NCBI GenBank assembly: GCA_965279525.1
Contig: CBDIIB010000005.1
Location: forward strand, 1,216,001 to 1,280,000
Direction: 5' to 3'
Origin: Tagaea sp.
GTDB lineage: Bacteria > Pseudomonadota > Alphaproteobacteria > CACIAM-22H2
Length of the DNA: 64,000 nt
Shown: piece after piece, positions 52,469-62,833 of the stretch
Numbering within the stretch: position 1 is the stretch's first letter
Layout: each line of letters begins with the position of its first letter
Made by a program: the position numbers and the translations under genes
The notes under the pieces: generated by a model
What the model was told of the DNA's origin: nothing
Database searches by the model: none
The model's input: the letters and a program-made list of their open reading frames with translations, nothing else

Positions 52469-54403
52469 TCAGCGTGCGGGGGCCGCGGCCGTGTGCGGCT
52501 GCGGGGCATCGTCGAACCAGAACGCGTCCATGTGGTGGATGCCGAAGAAGGCGCCCGGATCCCAGTTCCACACACCCTGGCGCGGAACGTTGCGCAGGCG
52601 CTTGGAGATGACGACCGGCTGGCGCACGTTCGCCACGATGCCGATCGAGAACACGTTCTCGGCGTGGATCGCCAGCATCCGGCGCCAGATCCCGGCGCGG
52701 CTCGCCTCGCCCGCGGACTTACGCCACGCGTCGTTGAGCGCCATCAGCTCCTTGGCCGCCGGCATGTCGACCGCTTCGCCGGCCGTGCCGCCCGTCTCGA
52801 AATGCTGGCCCCATTTGGGCCACTGCAGGCCCTGCTGGGAGACCGGGGCGAGTTCCTCGGGCGAGAAGTCGGGGGTCGCCACCGCGTTCTCGATGCCGAA
52901 CCACACGCTCATCTTCGTCTCGCCGGCGAAGATCCGGTTGCGGAAGATCTCGCGCTGCTGGGGGCGGGAATAGAGCTTCACGCCCGCGCGCATCCACGAA
53001 TCGTGGACGAGCTCGAGCACGTCGACCTGCTCGACATCCTCGCCCGCGGTCTCGACGACGATCTCGAGCGGGCGGCCGTCCGGCATCATGCGCACGCCGC
53101 GCGAATCGCGCGCCGTCAGGCCGATCTCGTCGAGCAGCCGGTTGGCCTCGCGCAGGTCGAAGCGGTGCCAGGCGTTGCGGTAGGCCGCGTCGTAGATCGG
53201 GCTGCCGGGCAGCACCGTGTTGGCCCCTTCGATCGCGAGGCCGAAATAGACGACCTGGTTCACTTCCTTGCGGTCGATGGCCAGCGACAGCGCGCGCCGG
53301 AAGCGCAGGTCGCGCATCAACGCGCGCCAGCCCGGATCGTTGACGTTGAGATTGGGGTAGAGGGCGATCTGCGCGCCCTTGGCCGTGTCCCACAGCACGG
53401 TCTCGAACTCGTTGCGCTTGCCCGCCTGGCGCAGGAACGTGTAGTTCGCGAAGGTGAGGCCGCGCGCCTGCAGGTCGGCTTCGCCCGAGCCGGTCTTCGC
53501 CGACAGGATCTTGCCGTCGGCGACGTTCAGGATGACGCGGTCGATATAGGGCAGCTGGCGACCCTCGGCGTCGACGCGGTGATAATAGGGGTTGCGCTCG
53601 AACACGAAGCGCTCGGACGGTGCGCGCGTGCGCACGACCCACGGATCGAGCGTGGGCAGGTCCGGATTGTCGTTGCGGTTCAGGTTGTCGAGCCGGTTGT
53701 GGAGCTGCGCCCAGTTGCGCGCGTTGGCCCGCCGGGCGGCCTGTACGAGCACCTCGCGGTCGGCGTAGCGCGCGTGGAATCCCTTCATGTAGTGCGAGGG
53801 CCGGTAGATCACGAGCGGTGCCGGTCCCGCGATCGCCGGCAGGAAAGACGGGTTGGGCGCGTCCCACGCGTAGCGCACCGTGTGCGCGTCGGGGAAGCTC
53901 ACCTGCGGCGGCTTGCCGTCGACGATGAGCGTCTTGGGCGGGCCGCCGGGCGACAGGTCCTTGCTGTTGGCGACGTCCTCCCAGTAGTAGCGGAAATCCT
54001 CGGACGAGAAGGGCCGGCCGTCCGACCAGCGATGGCCCGGGCGCAGACGCAGCGTGAAGACCCGGTCGCCCGCATTCTCGACCGACAGGAGGATGTCGGG
54101 GCGCAGCTTGAGATCGGCGTCGAAGCCGACGAGCCGCGAATAGCCGAAGACCGACATCATCCGCACGTCCTGCGCGCGGCCGACGAGCGTGCGCAGCTCG
54201 CCGCCATGGCGCCCCGGCACCCAGTCGGCGCGCTTGGGCGCCAGCACCAGCGGCTCGGCCGGCAGGCGCTTGTCCACCGGCGGGAAGCGGCCGGCGGCGA
54301 CGTCGGCCTCCATCCAGGGCGTTTCCTTATAGGGCGCTGCCGCCGCGAGCGTGGCCGCACAGGCGAAAGCGAGGATCGAGAGGATCCGGAAAGAAGCGTT
54401 CAT
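52469..54403 (-). CDS. ABC transporter substrate-binding protein, family 5
   Basis: Signal peptide; RLPAEP, WSDGRPFSSED, RNPYY, QLPYIDR, RRALSLAIDR. Confidence 0.92.
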   Translation of the reverse strand: MNASFRILSILAFACAATLAAAAPYKETPWMEADVAAGRFPPVDKRLPAEPLVLAPKRADWVPGRHGGELRTLVGRAQDVRMMSVFGYSRLVGFDADLKLRPDILLSVENAGDRVFTLRLRPGHRWSDGRPFSSEDFRYYWEDVANSKDLSPGGPPKTLIVDGKPPQVSFPDAHTVRYAWDAPNPSFLPAIAGPAPLVIYRPSHYMKGFHARYADREVLVQAARRANARNWAQLHNRLDNLNRNDNPDLPTLDPWVVRTRAPSERFVFERNPYYHRVDAEGRQLPYIDRVILNVADGKILSAKTGSGEADLQARGLTFANYTFLRQAGKRNEFETVLWDTAKGAQIALYPNLNVNDPGWRALMRDLRFRRALSLAIDRKEVNQVVYFGLAIEGANTVLPGSPIYDAAYRNAWHRFDLREANRLLDEIGLTARDSRGVRMMPDGRPLEIVVETAGEDVEQVDVLELVHDSWMRAGVKLYSRPQQREIFRNRIFAGETKMSVWFGIENAVATPDFSPEELAPVSQQGLQWPKWGQHFETGGTAGEAVDMPAAKELMALNDAWRKSAGEASRAGIWRRMLAIHAENVFSIGIVANVRQPVVISKRLRNVPRQGVWNWDPGAFFGIHHMDAFWFDDAPQPHTAAAPAR

Positions 54404-56322
54404 GCGAGCTCCCGCGGGCGCGCGCACGCGCGCAAAGTCGATGGTGTCGTGCCGATTGCGGCACGCACATAGTGTCCTTGGCCCAGATCGATGAAGCCGA
54501 CATCGGCGACGCCGTCGATCGTGAAGGGGGCGGGCCAGGCACTCGGGATCGAGGCGCGGCCTTCCATGAGTGCGGTGAGATCGAGCGGGCGGTCGATGTC
54601 GGGCTCGGGGACCGCCGCGAGCAGGGCCTGCGTATAGGGATGGATCGGCGCCTTGAAGAGCGCTTCGCGCGGGGCGACCTCGACCAGGCGGCCCGCGCAC
54701 ATCACCGCGATGCGGTCGGCCATGTAGTCGACGACCGCGAGATTGTGGCTGACGAACACGTAGGTGAGGCCGAGCGCCTTCTTGAGGTCCTTGAGCAGGT
54801 TCAGCACCTGCGCCTGGATCGACACGTCGAGGGCGGAGACCGGCTCGTCGAGCAGCAGCAGTTCGGGGCCCAGTGCCAGGGCGCGCGCGATGCCGATGCG
54901 CTGGCGCTGGCCGCCGGAGAACGAGTGCGGATAGCGGTTGAGCGCCCGGTCGTCGAGGCCGACCACGCGCATCAGTTCGCTGACAGTGGCACGGCGCGAA
55001 GCGGCATCGCCGACCGCATGGATGACCAGCGGTTCTGAGACGATGTCGAAGACGGTCATGCGCGGATTGAGCGAACCGAAGGGGTCCTGGAACACGAACT
55101 GGACCTGCCGGCGATAGGCGAAAAGATCGTCGCCCTCCAGCGTGTGCACGTCGCGCCCTTCGAACACGACCTTGCCGGAATCGGGCGTCAGCGCACGCAT
55201 CACCATCTTCGACACGGTCGTCTTGCCGCATCCGGATTCGCCGACAAGCCCCAGGCACTCGCCGCGGAACACGTCGAAACTGACGTCGTCGACCGCCAGC
55301 ACCGACTGCGGCTTGCCCGCACCCAGAAAGCCCGACTTGCGGATCGTGTAGCTCTTGCTGAGGTTGCGCACCGAAAGCACCGGTGCGCGCCGGTCGATCG
55401 CTCCGGGTGCCGGCCCCTTGTTGGCGACGCGCGCGTTGGAGATGTCGGTTCCCTTGCGCATCATCGAACCGATGTCGGTCTTGATCTCGCGCAACGGGAC
55501 CAGCTTCTCGCCCGGCTTCATGTCGAAGCGCGGGACTGCGTGCAGCAGCGCCTTCAGGTAGGGATGCTCGGGCTTGCGGAAGATGTCCTCGCGTGTGCCC
55601 GATTCCATCACGCGGCCGCGATACATGACGACGACCTCGTCGGCCATGTTGGCGACGACGCCCAGATCGTGCGTGATCAGCAGGATCGCCATGCCCAGAT
55701 CCTGCTGCAGGTCCTTCAGCAGCTTCAGGATCTGCGCCTGGATCGTCACGTCGAGTGCTGTCGTCGGCTCGTCGGCGATCAGCAGGGCCGGCCGGCACAC
55801 CAGCGCCATCGCGATCATCGCGCGCTGGCGAAGTCCGCCCGACAACTCGAAGGGATAGGTGAGCAGCGCCTTCGCCGGGTTGGGGAAGCCCACGCGGCGC
55901 AGCATGTCCTCGGCAAGCTCGAGGGCGACCTTCGGGTCGTTCGACTGGTGCAGGCGCACGGCCTCGGAAATCTGGTCGCCGACCGTGTGCAGCGGCGACA
56001 GCGAGGTCATCGGTTCCTGGAAGATGATCGAGATGCGCCCGCCGCGCAGCTTGCGGAACTCCGCCCCGTCGGGATCGAGCTTCGCAAGATCGATCTCCTG
56101 CCCGCGGTCGCGGAACAGCATCGAGCCGCGGCTGATCCGGCCGACCTTGGGCAGGATGCCGAGTGCCGACTGGCTGATCACGGTCTTGCCCGACCCGGAT
56201 TCGCCGACGATGGCGACCGTGGTGCCGGGCCTTACGCGGAAATCGACGCCGTCGACCGCCTTCACGTGCGTGTTGTGCACGCGGAAATCGATCGCAAGGT
56301 CGCGGACCTCGAGCAGGTTCAT
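54400..56322 (-). CDS. ABC transporter ATP-binding protein with two fused NBDs (DppD/F)
   Basis: [36 protein letters not shown]. Confidence 0.94.
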   Translation of the reverse strand: MNLLEVRDLAIDFRVHNTHVKAVDGVDFRVRPGTTVAIVGESGSGKTVISQSALGILPKVGRISRGSMLFRDRGQEIDLAKLDPDGAEFRKLRGGRISIIFQEPMTSLSPLHTVGDQISEAVRLHQSNDPKVALELAEDMLRRVGFPNPAKALLTYPFELSGGLRQRAMIAMALVCRPALLIADEPTTALDVTIQAQILKLLKDLQQDLGMAILLITHDLGVVANMADEVVVMYRGRVMESGTREDIFRKPEHPYLKALLHAVPRFDMKPGEKLVPLREIKTDIGSMMRKGTDISNARVANKGPAPGAIDRRAPVLSVRNLSKSYTIRKSGFLGAGKPQSVLAVDDVSFDVFRGECLGLVGESGCGKTTVSKMVMRALTPDSGKVVFEGRDVHTLEGDDLFAYRRQVQFVFQDPFGSLNPRMTVFDIVSEPLVIHAVGDAASRRATVSELMRVVGLDDRALNRYPHSFSGGQRQRIGIARALALGPELLLLDEPVSALDVSIQAQVLNLLKDLKKALGLTYVFVSHNLAVVDYMADRIAVMCAGRLVEVAPREALFKAPIHPYTQALLAAVPEPDIDRPLDLTALMEGRASIPSAWPAPFTIDGVADVGFIDLGQGHYVRAAIGTTPSTLRACARPRELA

Positions 56323-56810
56323 GCCGTTTCCCCGGCAAGACGGATGCCGAGCGACGCGAGGTTGGCGCGCGTCGAGGCGTCGAGGTCGAGGCCCTTTGCC
56401 TGGGCGGCCGCCGCACAGCGCGCGGCGAACGCGGGGAAATCCTCCGCGCCCGAATCCGCCTGCGCCTTCGCGCCGTTGCCGCGTAGCGTCAGTTGCATCC
56501 AGCCCCCCGTGCGGTCGCGGCCCGTCGCGTAGAAGGCGAGCTTCAGCGAAACCAGCTCCGTCCACGGCAGACTAGCCCGCCCGCTGCCTGAAATCGAGAG
56601 ACCCTTGTCGTCCCATTCGATGACGGTCCGGGCACGTTTCCAGGTGCGGAATGCGAAAACGGCGAACAGGGCGGCAAGCGGCAGCAGCAGCCAGTGGGCG
56701 TAGCTCCACTGGCCGATCGCAAGGGCCGGCCCGAGCGTGAAGACAAGGCCGACCGCCGCGCGCGCATAGTCGCCGTAGATCGCGCGGCCGGGATAGACAA
56801 GCCGGTTCAT
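56319..56810 (-). CDS. Hypothetical 2-TM protein with PH-like soluble domain
   Basis: DYARAAVGL, two TM segments, L.LAFYAT.RDR..GWMQL.L; stop/start overlaps with both neighbours. Confidence 0.75.
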   Translation of the reverse strand: MNRLVYPGRAIYGDYARAAVGLVFTLGPALAIGQWSYAHWLLLPLAALFAVFAFRTWKRARTVIEWDDKGLSISGSGRASLPWTELVSLKLAFYATGRDRTGGWMQLTLRGNGAKAQADSGAEDFPAFAARCAAAAQAKGLDLDASTRANLASLGIRLAGETA

Positions 56811-57574
56811 GCCGATGCCGCGAAGACGTCGAGTGGATCGAGTGCCTTGGCCGCGCGATGCGCCTTGAGGCGGGCGAAAAGCGCGCCGAGGAACTTCCAT
56901 GCGCCTTCGTCGTGGGCAAGATGGTGGCTCAGCACGCCGGTCGCCTCGTCGGGATCGGCCGTCCGGTCGAGCCGCGCCTTCAGGTGCGCCACCACGGCAC
57001 CCAGGGCGAGACCTTCGCCGAGGAAGGCGCGCGTGTTCCAGTCCATGATGTCGGCGTGCGTGTTCGTCTGCGCGATACCGGCGGGCACGTTCTTGCGCGC
57101 ACCATATGTCGACAGCGCGCGGATCCCGGCGCCGCGCAGGCCGGCCGCGACGGCGGGGGCGATGCGGTTGTGCGGCGGGACCAGCAGCGTCATCGCCTGC
57201 GGAAAGAGCTGTGTGAGCCGCATCCAGCCGCGCGCCAGTTCGCCCAGCACCAGCGCCGTCGGCCGGTGGGCGCCCAGTTCGGCCTTCGATTCGCCCGGCG
57301 GGGCATGGTTCCAGTGGTTCCAGCCATGCAGGCACACGCGCGCCAGCTTCGCGTCCGCAAGGTGCTTCGTCAGCTCGGGCTTCGCGCGGGCCGGGATCAC
57401 GGCCAGGACCAGCGGCACGTCGGGGGCAAGCGTCAGCAGCCGGTCGAGTGCGGGTGTCGGCTCCGTCGCGTCGTCGTCGCGCCACCACCACGTCGCCGTC
57501 CGGCCGGCGGCGGCATAGGCATCGAGCGTGCGGTCGAGATCGGCCCAGTCGGCCGGCGGCGGGATCATAGCCAT
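56807..57574 (-). CDS. Polysaccharide deacetylase-like protein
   Basis: WWRDDDA, LAVIP, HGWNHWNH, VPPHNRI, NTHADIMDW, LSHHL. Confidence 0.82.
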   Translation of the reverse strand: MAMIPPPADWADLDRTLDAYAAAGRTATWWWRDDDATEPTPALDRLLTLAPDVPLVLAVIPARAKPELTKHLADAKLARVCLHGWNHWNHAPPGESKAELGAHRPTALVLGELARGWMRLTQLFPQAMTLLVPPHNRIAPAVAAGLRGAGIRALSTYGARKNVPAGIAQTNTHADIMDWNTRAFLGEGLALGAVVAHLKARLDRTADPDEATGVLSHHLAHDEGAWKFLGALFARLKAHRAAKALDPLDVFAASA

Positions 57575-58644
57575 CGTGTCAGGAGTTTGGCCGTTTGCCG
57601 GGCTCCATCGCAAGCGATCCGATGCGCCGGCGGAACCGGGGCGGCGTCGATCGCGGCCGAAAGCGACTCGACCGAAAGATCGGATTCCGGGCAGACGGCC
57701 GCCCAGCCGCGCCGCGCGAAGGCATCGGCCCGGATCTTCTGCTCGCGCTCGCGGCCTTGCGCGAACGGCACGAGCACGGCCCGGCAGCCGGCCCGCAGCA
57801 GATCGACGCAGGTGTTGTAGCCGGCCTGGCTGACCGAGACGCGGGCGTTCGCCAGCAGGTCGGGAAAGTCGCGCGCGTTGGGCTCGACGACGATGTGCGG
57901 ATTGCCGGCGTGCACGTCGGCGGCGCCTTCGCCGGTCCGGATGCGCCAGCGTTCGCCCGCATGCGCGCGCCGGTCGGCAAGCGCCAGCGCCGTCGCGATC
58001 AGCCGCGAGCCCGCAGCACCGCCGCCGACCGAAACGACGATCTCGTCGCGCGCGGCGGCGGGCACGCCCGGATCGCCGGCCACGTAGCCGGTATAGTGCA
58101 GCCGGTCGCCGAGGCTGGCGCATTCGGGCCAGCTGTCGGCAAGGGCGAGCAGGGCCGCATCGCCGTGCACGAGGATGGCGTCGAAGCGCCGTGCTGATTC
58201 GACGCGCGCCTCGGCCCGGGGCGAAGCGGGCCGCTGCAGCACGTCGCGCACCGAACACAGGCGCGCGATTTGCGCCGCACGCGCCAGCAGCGGCTCGAGC
58301 TCGAAGCGCAGCATCGAGCGGCCGAACGGATAGAGCTCGACGATCAGCAGGTCGGGCCGGACGGAATCGAACAGCGTCAGCGTCGCGTCGAGACGCCGCG
58401 CGCGCCAGCGCTCGTCGATCGCGTGCCCGTCGGCATCGACGAGCGTGGCGAATGTCGCGTCGGTCGCGCGCAACGCCGGCAGCTGCACGCATCGTGCACC
58501 GCCCGCGGCAAGATCGAGCGGCATGCCGCCGGTCGCCAGCGTCACGGCGTGGCCGGCGTCGGCGCAAGCGGCCGCGACCGATGCCATGCGTCGCGCATGG
58601 CCCGTCCCCAGCAGATGCTGGACATGGATCAGGATTTTCGCCAT
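57565..58644 (-). CDS. GT-B glycosyltransferase (GT28/COG4671-like)
   Basis: HVQHLLGTGH, ELYPFGR, SVRD, SVGGG, SQAGYNT, EQKIRA. Confidence 0.88.
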   Translation of the reverse strand: MAKILIHVQHLLGTGHARRMASVAAACADAGHAVTLATGGMPLDLAAGGARCVQLPALRATDATFATLVDADGHAIDERWRARRLDATLTLFDSVRPDLLIVELYPFGRSMLRFELEPLLARAAQIARLCSVRDVLQRPASPRAEARVESARRFDAILVHGDAALLALADSWPECASLGDRLHYTGYVAGDPGVPAAARDEIVVSVGGGAAGSRLIATALALADRRAHAGERWRIRTGEGAADVHAGNPHIVVEPNARDFPDLLANARVSVSQAGYNTCVDLLRAGCRAVLVPFAQGREREQKIRADAFARRGWAAVCPESDLSVESLSAAIDAAPVPPAHRIACDGARQTAKLLTRWL

Positions 58645-59231
58645 CGCCGCTTCAGCGCGAGGTTGAGGGATTCGACCGTCGGCTTGCCGTCGGCGGCGAG
58701 TGCAAACACATGCAGCGCGTAGAGATCGAGCTTGTCCGGCGGATCGCCGGTCATGTCCCAGCCGCGTGCGGCGGCGTAAACCGTGCGGAACACGCCGCGA
58801 TGGGTCACGCACAGCGTGGAGCGGCCGGATGCCGCGACCTCGGCCAGCAGCGGCAGCACGCGCGCCTGCACCATGCGCGGCGATTCCCCGTGCGGCGGCG
58901 TGAAGTCGAGCCCGCGCGCCTCGTTCGCCGCGAATGCCTCGCCCTGTTCGGCGCGCAGCTGCTCGATCATGCGGCCTTCATAGGCGCCCCAGTCCATCTC
59001 GACCAGGCGCGGATCGACCTCGGCCGACAGGCCGAGCGCTTCGGCCGTCTGCCGGCAACGCTGCAAGGGCGAGCACAGCACGCGCCAGTCGGCGAACTCG
59101 CGGGGCACACGCCGCGCTTTCAGGAAGGCGAGCGAGCGTGGCGCGATCTCGATGTCCGCACGCCCCTGCAGGCGCTTGGCCGCGTTCCACGCGGTCGGAC
59201 CGTGGCGCATGAAGGCGATGTACGTGGTCAT
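58629..59231 (-). CDS. Histidine phosphatase (PGM family)
   Basis: MRHGPTAWN, SPLQRC, EMDWGAYEG, GES, THRG. Confidence 0.88.
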   Translation of the reverse strand: MTTYIAFMRHGPTAWNAAKRLQGRADIEIAPRSLAFLKARRVPREFADWRVLCSPLQRCRQTAEALGLSAEVDPRLVEMDWGAYEGRMIEQLRAEQGEAFAANEARGLDFTPPHGESPRMVQARVLPLLAEVAASGRSTLCVTHRGVFRTVYAAARGWDMTGDPPDKLDLYALHVFALAADGKPTVESLNLALKRRWRKS

Positions 59232-60376
59232 CGACGCCTGGCCCTGCAACCGGCCAGCACGGCATCGATCCGGGCAGCGGCCCCGGCAAGGTCGTGCGTG
59301 GCCGCCACCTTCGCGGCGGCGTTTCGGCCGAAACGCGCGCGAAGCCCGGGATCGTCCAGCAATCCGCGGACCGCGACGGCGAAGGCACCGGCATCGCCGG
59401 CGGGAACGAGCCGGCCGGTCGCACCATCGTCCACGATTGCGGCCACGCCCGGTCCCGCACCCGCGACGACGGGCAAGCCGCTTGCCTGCGCTTCGAGGAT
59501 CGCCATGCCGTAGGCCTCGTTGATCGCCGGCCAGACGAACAGGTCGCTTGCCGCCATCAGGCCTTCGAGCGAGGCCTCGTCGAGCTGGCCCGCCTGCACG
59601 ACGCGCGGACCGAGTGGAGCGAACGCCGCGGCCACTTGCGCGCGCGCCGGTCCGTCGCCAACGGTGACGAGCTGCCAGTCGTCACCGCCGAGCCGGTCGA
59701 GTGCCTGGGCGAGCACCTCGTACGAACGCAGCTTGTCGCCGGCGCGTTGCATGGCGACGGCCAGCAGCCACGGCCGGGCGGCGTCGATCTTGAGCCGGCG
59801 GGCCCACGCGTCGCGATGCATGTCGCGCGCGCCGGCGGCGGCGGCATAGGGTCGGGCGTCGAGGAACGGCGGCAGGAGTGCGCGCGTTGCCGCAGGCGAA
59901 AGATGCGCCTCGAGAGCCGGGGCATCGCCCGGATTGAGCGAGACGACGCCATCGGCGCGTGCCAGTGCCGCCAGCACGGCGCGATGTCCGGGATCCCACG
60001 TGCCGCCGGCGCGCTTCATCGCGACCGACGCCTCGACGACGACATAGGGAATGCCCAGTGCTTGCGCGACGGCCGGCCCGAGATGGTCGGGCGCCTTGTA
60101 ATAGAGGTGATAGGTGAGCCAGAGATCGGGCCGCTGGTGCGCCGGGCCGGATCGCCAGCGCCGGACGAGGCGCCCGGCCAGATAGCCGCCGATCTTCGCC
60201 AGCCGCGACTGGCGTGCGGAATCGCCCGTGCCGTCGCGGCTGCGCAGGGTACCGGCCCATTCCACGTCGTGGCCGGAGAGCCTCAGGGCCGCATCGAGCA
60301 GCCGCGCCACGCGCCGGTCGCCGGAGGGCACCGGATGGTCGGGCGGCTTCAGCGGGGCATAGGCGGCGATACGCAT
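59228..60376 (-). CDS. GT4-family glycosyltransferase
   Basis: YAPLKPPDHPVPSGDR, YHLYYKAPD, EAYGMAILEA. Confidence 0.9.
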   Translation of the reverse strand: MRIAAYAPLKPPDHPVPSGDRRVARLLDAALRLSGHDVEWAGTLRSRDGTGDSARQSRLAKIGGYLAGRLVRRWRSGPAHQRPDLWLTYHLYYKAPDHLGPAVAQALGIPYVVVEASVAMKRAGGTWDPGHRAVLAALARADGVVSLNPGDAPALEAHLSPAATRALLPPFLDARPYAAAAGARDMHRDAWARRLKIDAARPWLLAVAMQRAGDKLRSYEVLAQALDRLGGDDWQLVTVGDGPARAQVAAAFAPLGPRVVQAGQLDEASLEGLMAASDLFVWPAINEAYGMAILEAQASGLPVVAGAGPGVAAIVDDGATGRLVPAGDAGAFAVAVRGLLDDPGLRARFGRNAAAKVAATHDLAGAAARIDAVLAGCRARRR

Positions 60377-61581
60377 GCGTCGAGCAAGTCGTACAGCGTC
60401 TCCAATCCGCGCGCGAAGGGAAAGTCGCGCCGCACGCGGTCGTTGGCGGCCGTGCCGAGGGCCATCCGCCGCGCCGGATCGCCAAGCAGCCCGTCGATCG
60501 CCGCGGCCAGGGCCGGAACATCGCCCGGCGGAACGAGCACGCCGCTTGCGGGGCCGACCAGTTCGGGGATCGCGGCGATATCGGTCGCGACAAGCGCCAG
60601 CCCCTGGCTTGCCGCTTCCATCAGCACGTTGGGCAGGCCGTCGCGGTCGCCGTCGGCGGCGATGCGGCTTGCGAGCACGAACAGGTCGGCGCTTCGCAAG
60701 GTCGCCAGCACGTCGGCCTGGTCGCGTGCACCCCGCCACTCGATCCGGTCGGCAATGCCGGCGGCCCGCGCCTGCGCGTCCAGTGCCGCCTTGAGCGGTC
60801 CGCCGCCGACATGCACGAAGCGCCACGCACGCGATGTGCCGACGCGCGCAAGTGCCGCGATCAGTTCGTCGTAGCCCTTCTTGGCGACGAGCCGGCCGAC
60901 CGACACGATGACGACCGGATCGCGCGGATCGCGCCCGTCGCGCGCGGGCCGCGCGGGCGGATCGGGCCAGCGCGCGAAATCCAGCCCGTGATAGACGAGC
61001 CGTACCTTGCCGGGGCCGAGCGCTTCGAGATGGTCGAAGCCCGCTTTCGTGCAGGTCGTGCACCACGCCATCGCGGCGAGCTTCTCGCGCTTCTCCCAGT
61101 CGGGCGTGGTCCAGATGTCCTTGGCGTGCGCCGAAGCCGACCAGCCAAGCCCGCAAATGGAAGCCGCGTAGCGCGCGACCGATCCCGGCGTATGGATGAA
61201 GTGGGCGTAGAGATGTGCCGTCTGCGGCCCCATCTCGGCCGCCAGCACGCACGCCTGACCGAAGCGCCGGCCGCGGTTGGGTGTGGGATCGCGCCGCCAA
61301 TCCGAAAGGAAGGTCGCGCGCGCGGCCGGGTAGCCGGGCAGGCGGCGTGCGCGCCACCAGCCCGCGAGCACGCGCAGCGGCTCGCGCCACAGATACTCGG
61401 GCAGGTAATTGACCTTGGCTTTGAGCGCACCGGCAAGGGCATGCCGGTGCGTGTCGGTCGGATGGCGCAGCGACCAGAGCTCGAGTGCGAGCCCGCGTTC
61501 CTCGAGCCCGACAAGCTCCTGCGCGATGAAGGTCTCGGACAGGCGGGGCCAGCCTTTGACGATTACGGCAAGGCGGGTCAA
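60349..61581 (-). CDS. GT4-family glycosyltransferase (WcaL-like)
   Basis: KGWPRLSETFIAQE, HAKDIW, VGRLVAKKG, DGLPNVLMEA; TTG start with GGAG RBS. Confidence 0.9.
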   Translation of the reverse strand: MTRLAVIVKGWPRLSETFIAQELVGLEERGLALELWSLRHPTDTHRHALAGALKAKVNYLPEYLWREPLRVLAGWWRARRLPGYPAARATFLSDWRRDPTPNRGRRFGQACVLAAEMGPQTAHLYAHFIHTPGSVARYAASICGLGWSASAHAKDIWTTPDWEKREKLAAMAWCTTCTKAGFDHLEALGPGKVRLVYHGLDFARWPDPPARPARDGRDPRDPVVIVSVGRLVAKKGYDELIAALARVGTSRAWRFVHVGGGPLKAALDAQARAAGIADRIEWRGARDQADVLATLRSADLFVLASRIAADGDRDGLPNVLMEAASQGLALVATDIAAIPELVGPASGVLVPPGDVPALAAAIDGLLGDPARRMALGTAANDRVRRDFPFARGLETLYDLLDACVSPPMPR

Positions 61582-61619
61582 GCTTACGTCTCCCGATTCG
61601 CGCTCCGGATGCGCCTTCG

Positions 61620-62183
61620 TCAGGCGGCACCCATCAGGCCCGGTGTCAGCACGCTGTCGGACAGCACCGGATAGCGCCTCGATTCGAAGAGCTGATAGTG
61701 CCACCATTCGCGCCGATAGAAATCCCAGCCGGCCGCCGACATGAGCCCGAGCAGCATGTGCCGGTTTCGCTGCGCCTCGACGCCCACTTCGGTGCTGCCG
61801 TGATACGACAGCTCGGTGAAGGCGTCGAACTCGGTGCCCATGTCGAGTTCGGCGCCGCTCGCCGCATCGACGAGCGTGAGATCGACGGCCACGCCGCGCG
61901 AATGGGGCGAGCCGCGCCGCGGATCGGCGACGAAGTCGGGATCGGGGTTGAAATCCCACAGCTTCCACTGCGCTTCGGACGGGCGGAACGCGTCGAAGAT
62001 CTTGAAGCGCAGCCCGAGCGCCGCGGCAAGCTCGATCGCACGCGCCATATGGCGCGCGGCGTCGACATGCAGGAACGCCTCGGCGCGCGCATAGACCGGT
62101 TTTCCCGTGAAGTTGGCGGGTGTCGCGTAGCGCAGATCGATCGCGACTTCGTAGTCCGGCGGGGCAATGGCGACGAGCGTCAT
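61620..62183 (-). CDS. ddpX: D-alanyl-D-alanine dipeptidase (VanX family)
   Basis: YAT.NFTG, DAFRP, SPHSRGVAVD, DMGT.FD, EWWHY. Confidence 0.92.
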   Translation of the reverse strand: MTLVAIAPPDYEVAIDLRYATPANFTGKPVYARAEAFLHVDAARHMARAIELAAALGLRFKIFDAFRPSEAQWKLWDFNPDPDFVADPRRGSPHSRGVAVDLTLVDAASGAELDMGTEFDAFTELSYHGSTEVGVEAQRNRHMLLGLMSAAGWDFYRREWWHYQLFESRRYPVLSDSVLTPGLMGAA

Positions 62184-62197
62184 GGGGCCTGTTTAGC

Positions 62198-62833
62198 ATG
62201 AATATTCTCGCCTTCGACACCGCCTTTGCCGCCGTTTCGGCGTGCGTGGCCCGCGACGGCGAGGTGCTTGCCTGGCGACGCGTCGAGATGGCGCGCGGCC
62301 ATGCCGAAGTGCTGCTGCCGATGATCGGCGACGTGCTCGCCGAGGCCGGGCTCGAGGCGCAAGGCCTCGCCCGCATCGCCACGACGCTGGGACCCGGCCA
62401 CTTCACGGGCCTGCGCGCCGGGCTTGCGGCCGCCCAGGGGCTGGGTCTCGCCACGGGTGCGGCACTGGTCGGCATCACGAGCTTTGCCGCCGTCGCGGCC
62501 GGCCTCGAACCCCTGCTTGCGGGCGAACGGCGGCTCGTCGTGCTCGATTCCAAGCGCGCCGAGGCGTTCGTGGCGCTCGACGACGAAGCGCCGTTCGCCG
62601 CATCCCCGGCTGGCTTTGCACCGGCGGGCGACGCGTTCCTCGTTGCCGGCGATCGCGCGGCCGAGTTCGCGGCAGCACTGGCCAGTGCCGGCAAGCAGGC
62701 GCGCGTTGCCGAAGGGCCGGCACTCCCCGACGCGCGCGTCCTTGCGCGCCTCGCACGCACGGCCGAACCGGTCGGCCGGCTGGTGCCGCTCTATATCCAC
62801 CCGCCCGCGACGACGACGCCCAAGCGGCCATGA
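62198..62833 (+). CDS. tsaB: t6A biosynthesis protein TsaB
   Basis: LAFDT, GHAEVLLP, GPGHFTGLR, PLY. Confidence 0.9.
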   Translation: MNILAFDTAFAAVSACVARDGEVLAWRRVEMARGHAEVLLPMIGDVLAEAGLEAQGLARIATTLGPGHFTGLRAGLAAAQGLGLATGAALVGITSFAAVAAGLEPLLAGERRLVVLDSKRAEAFVALDDEAPFAASPAGFAPAGDAFLVAGDRAAEFAAALASAGKQARVAEGPALPDARVLARLARTAEPVGRLVPLYIHPPATTTPKRP

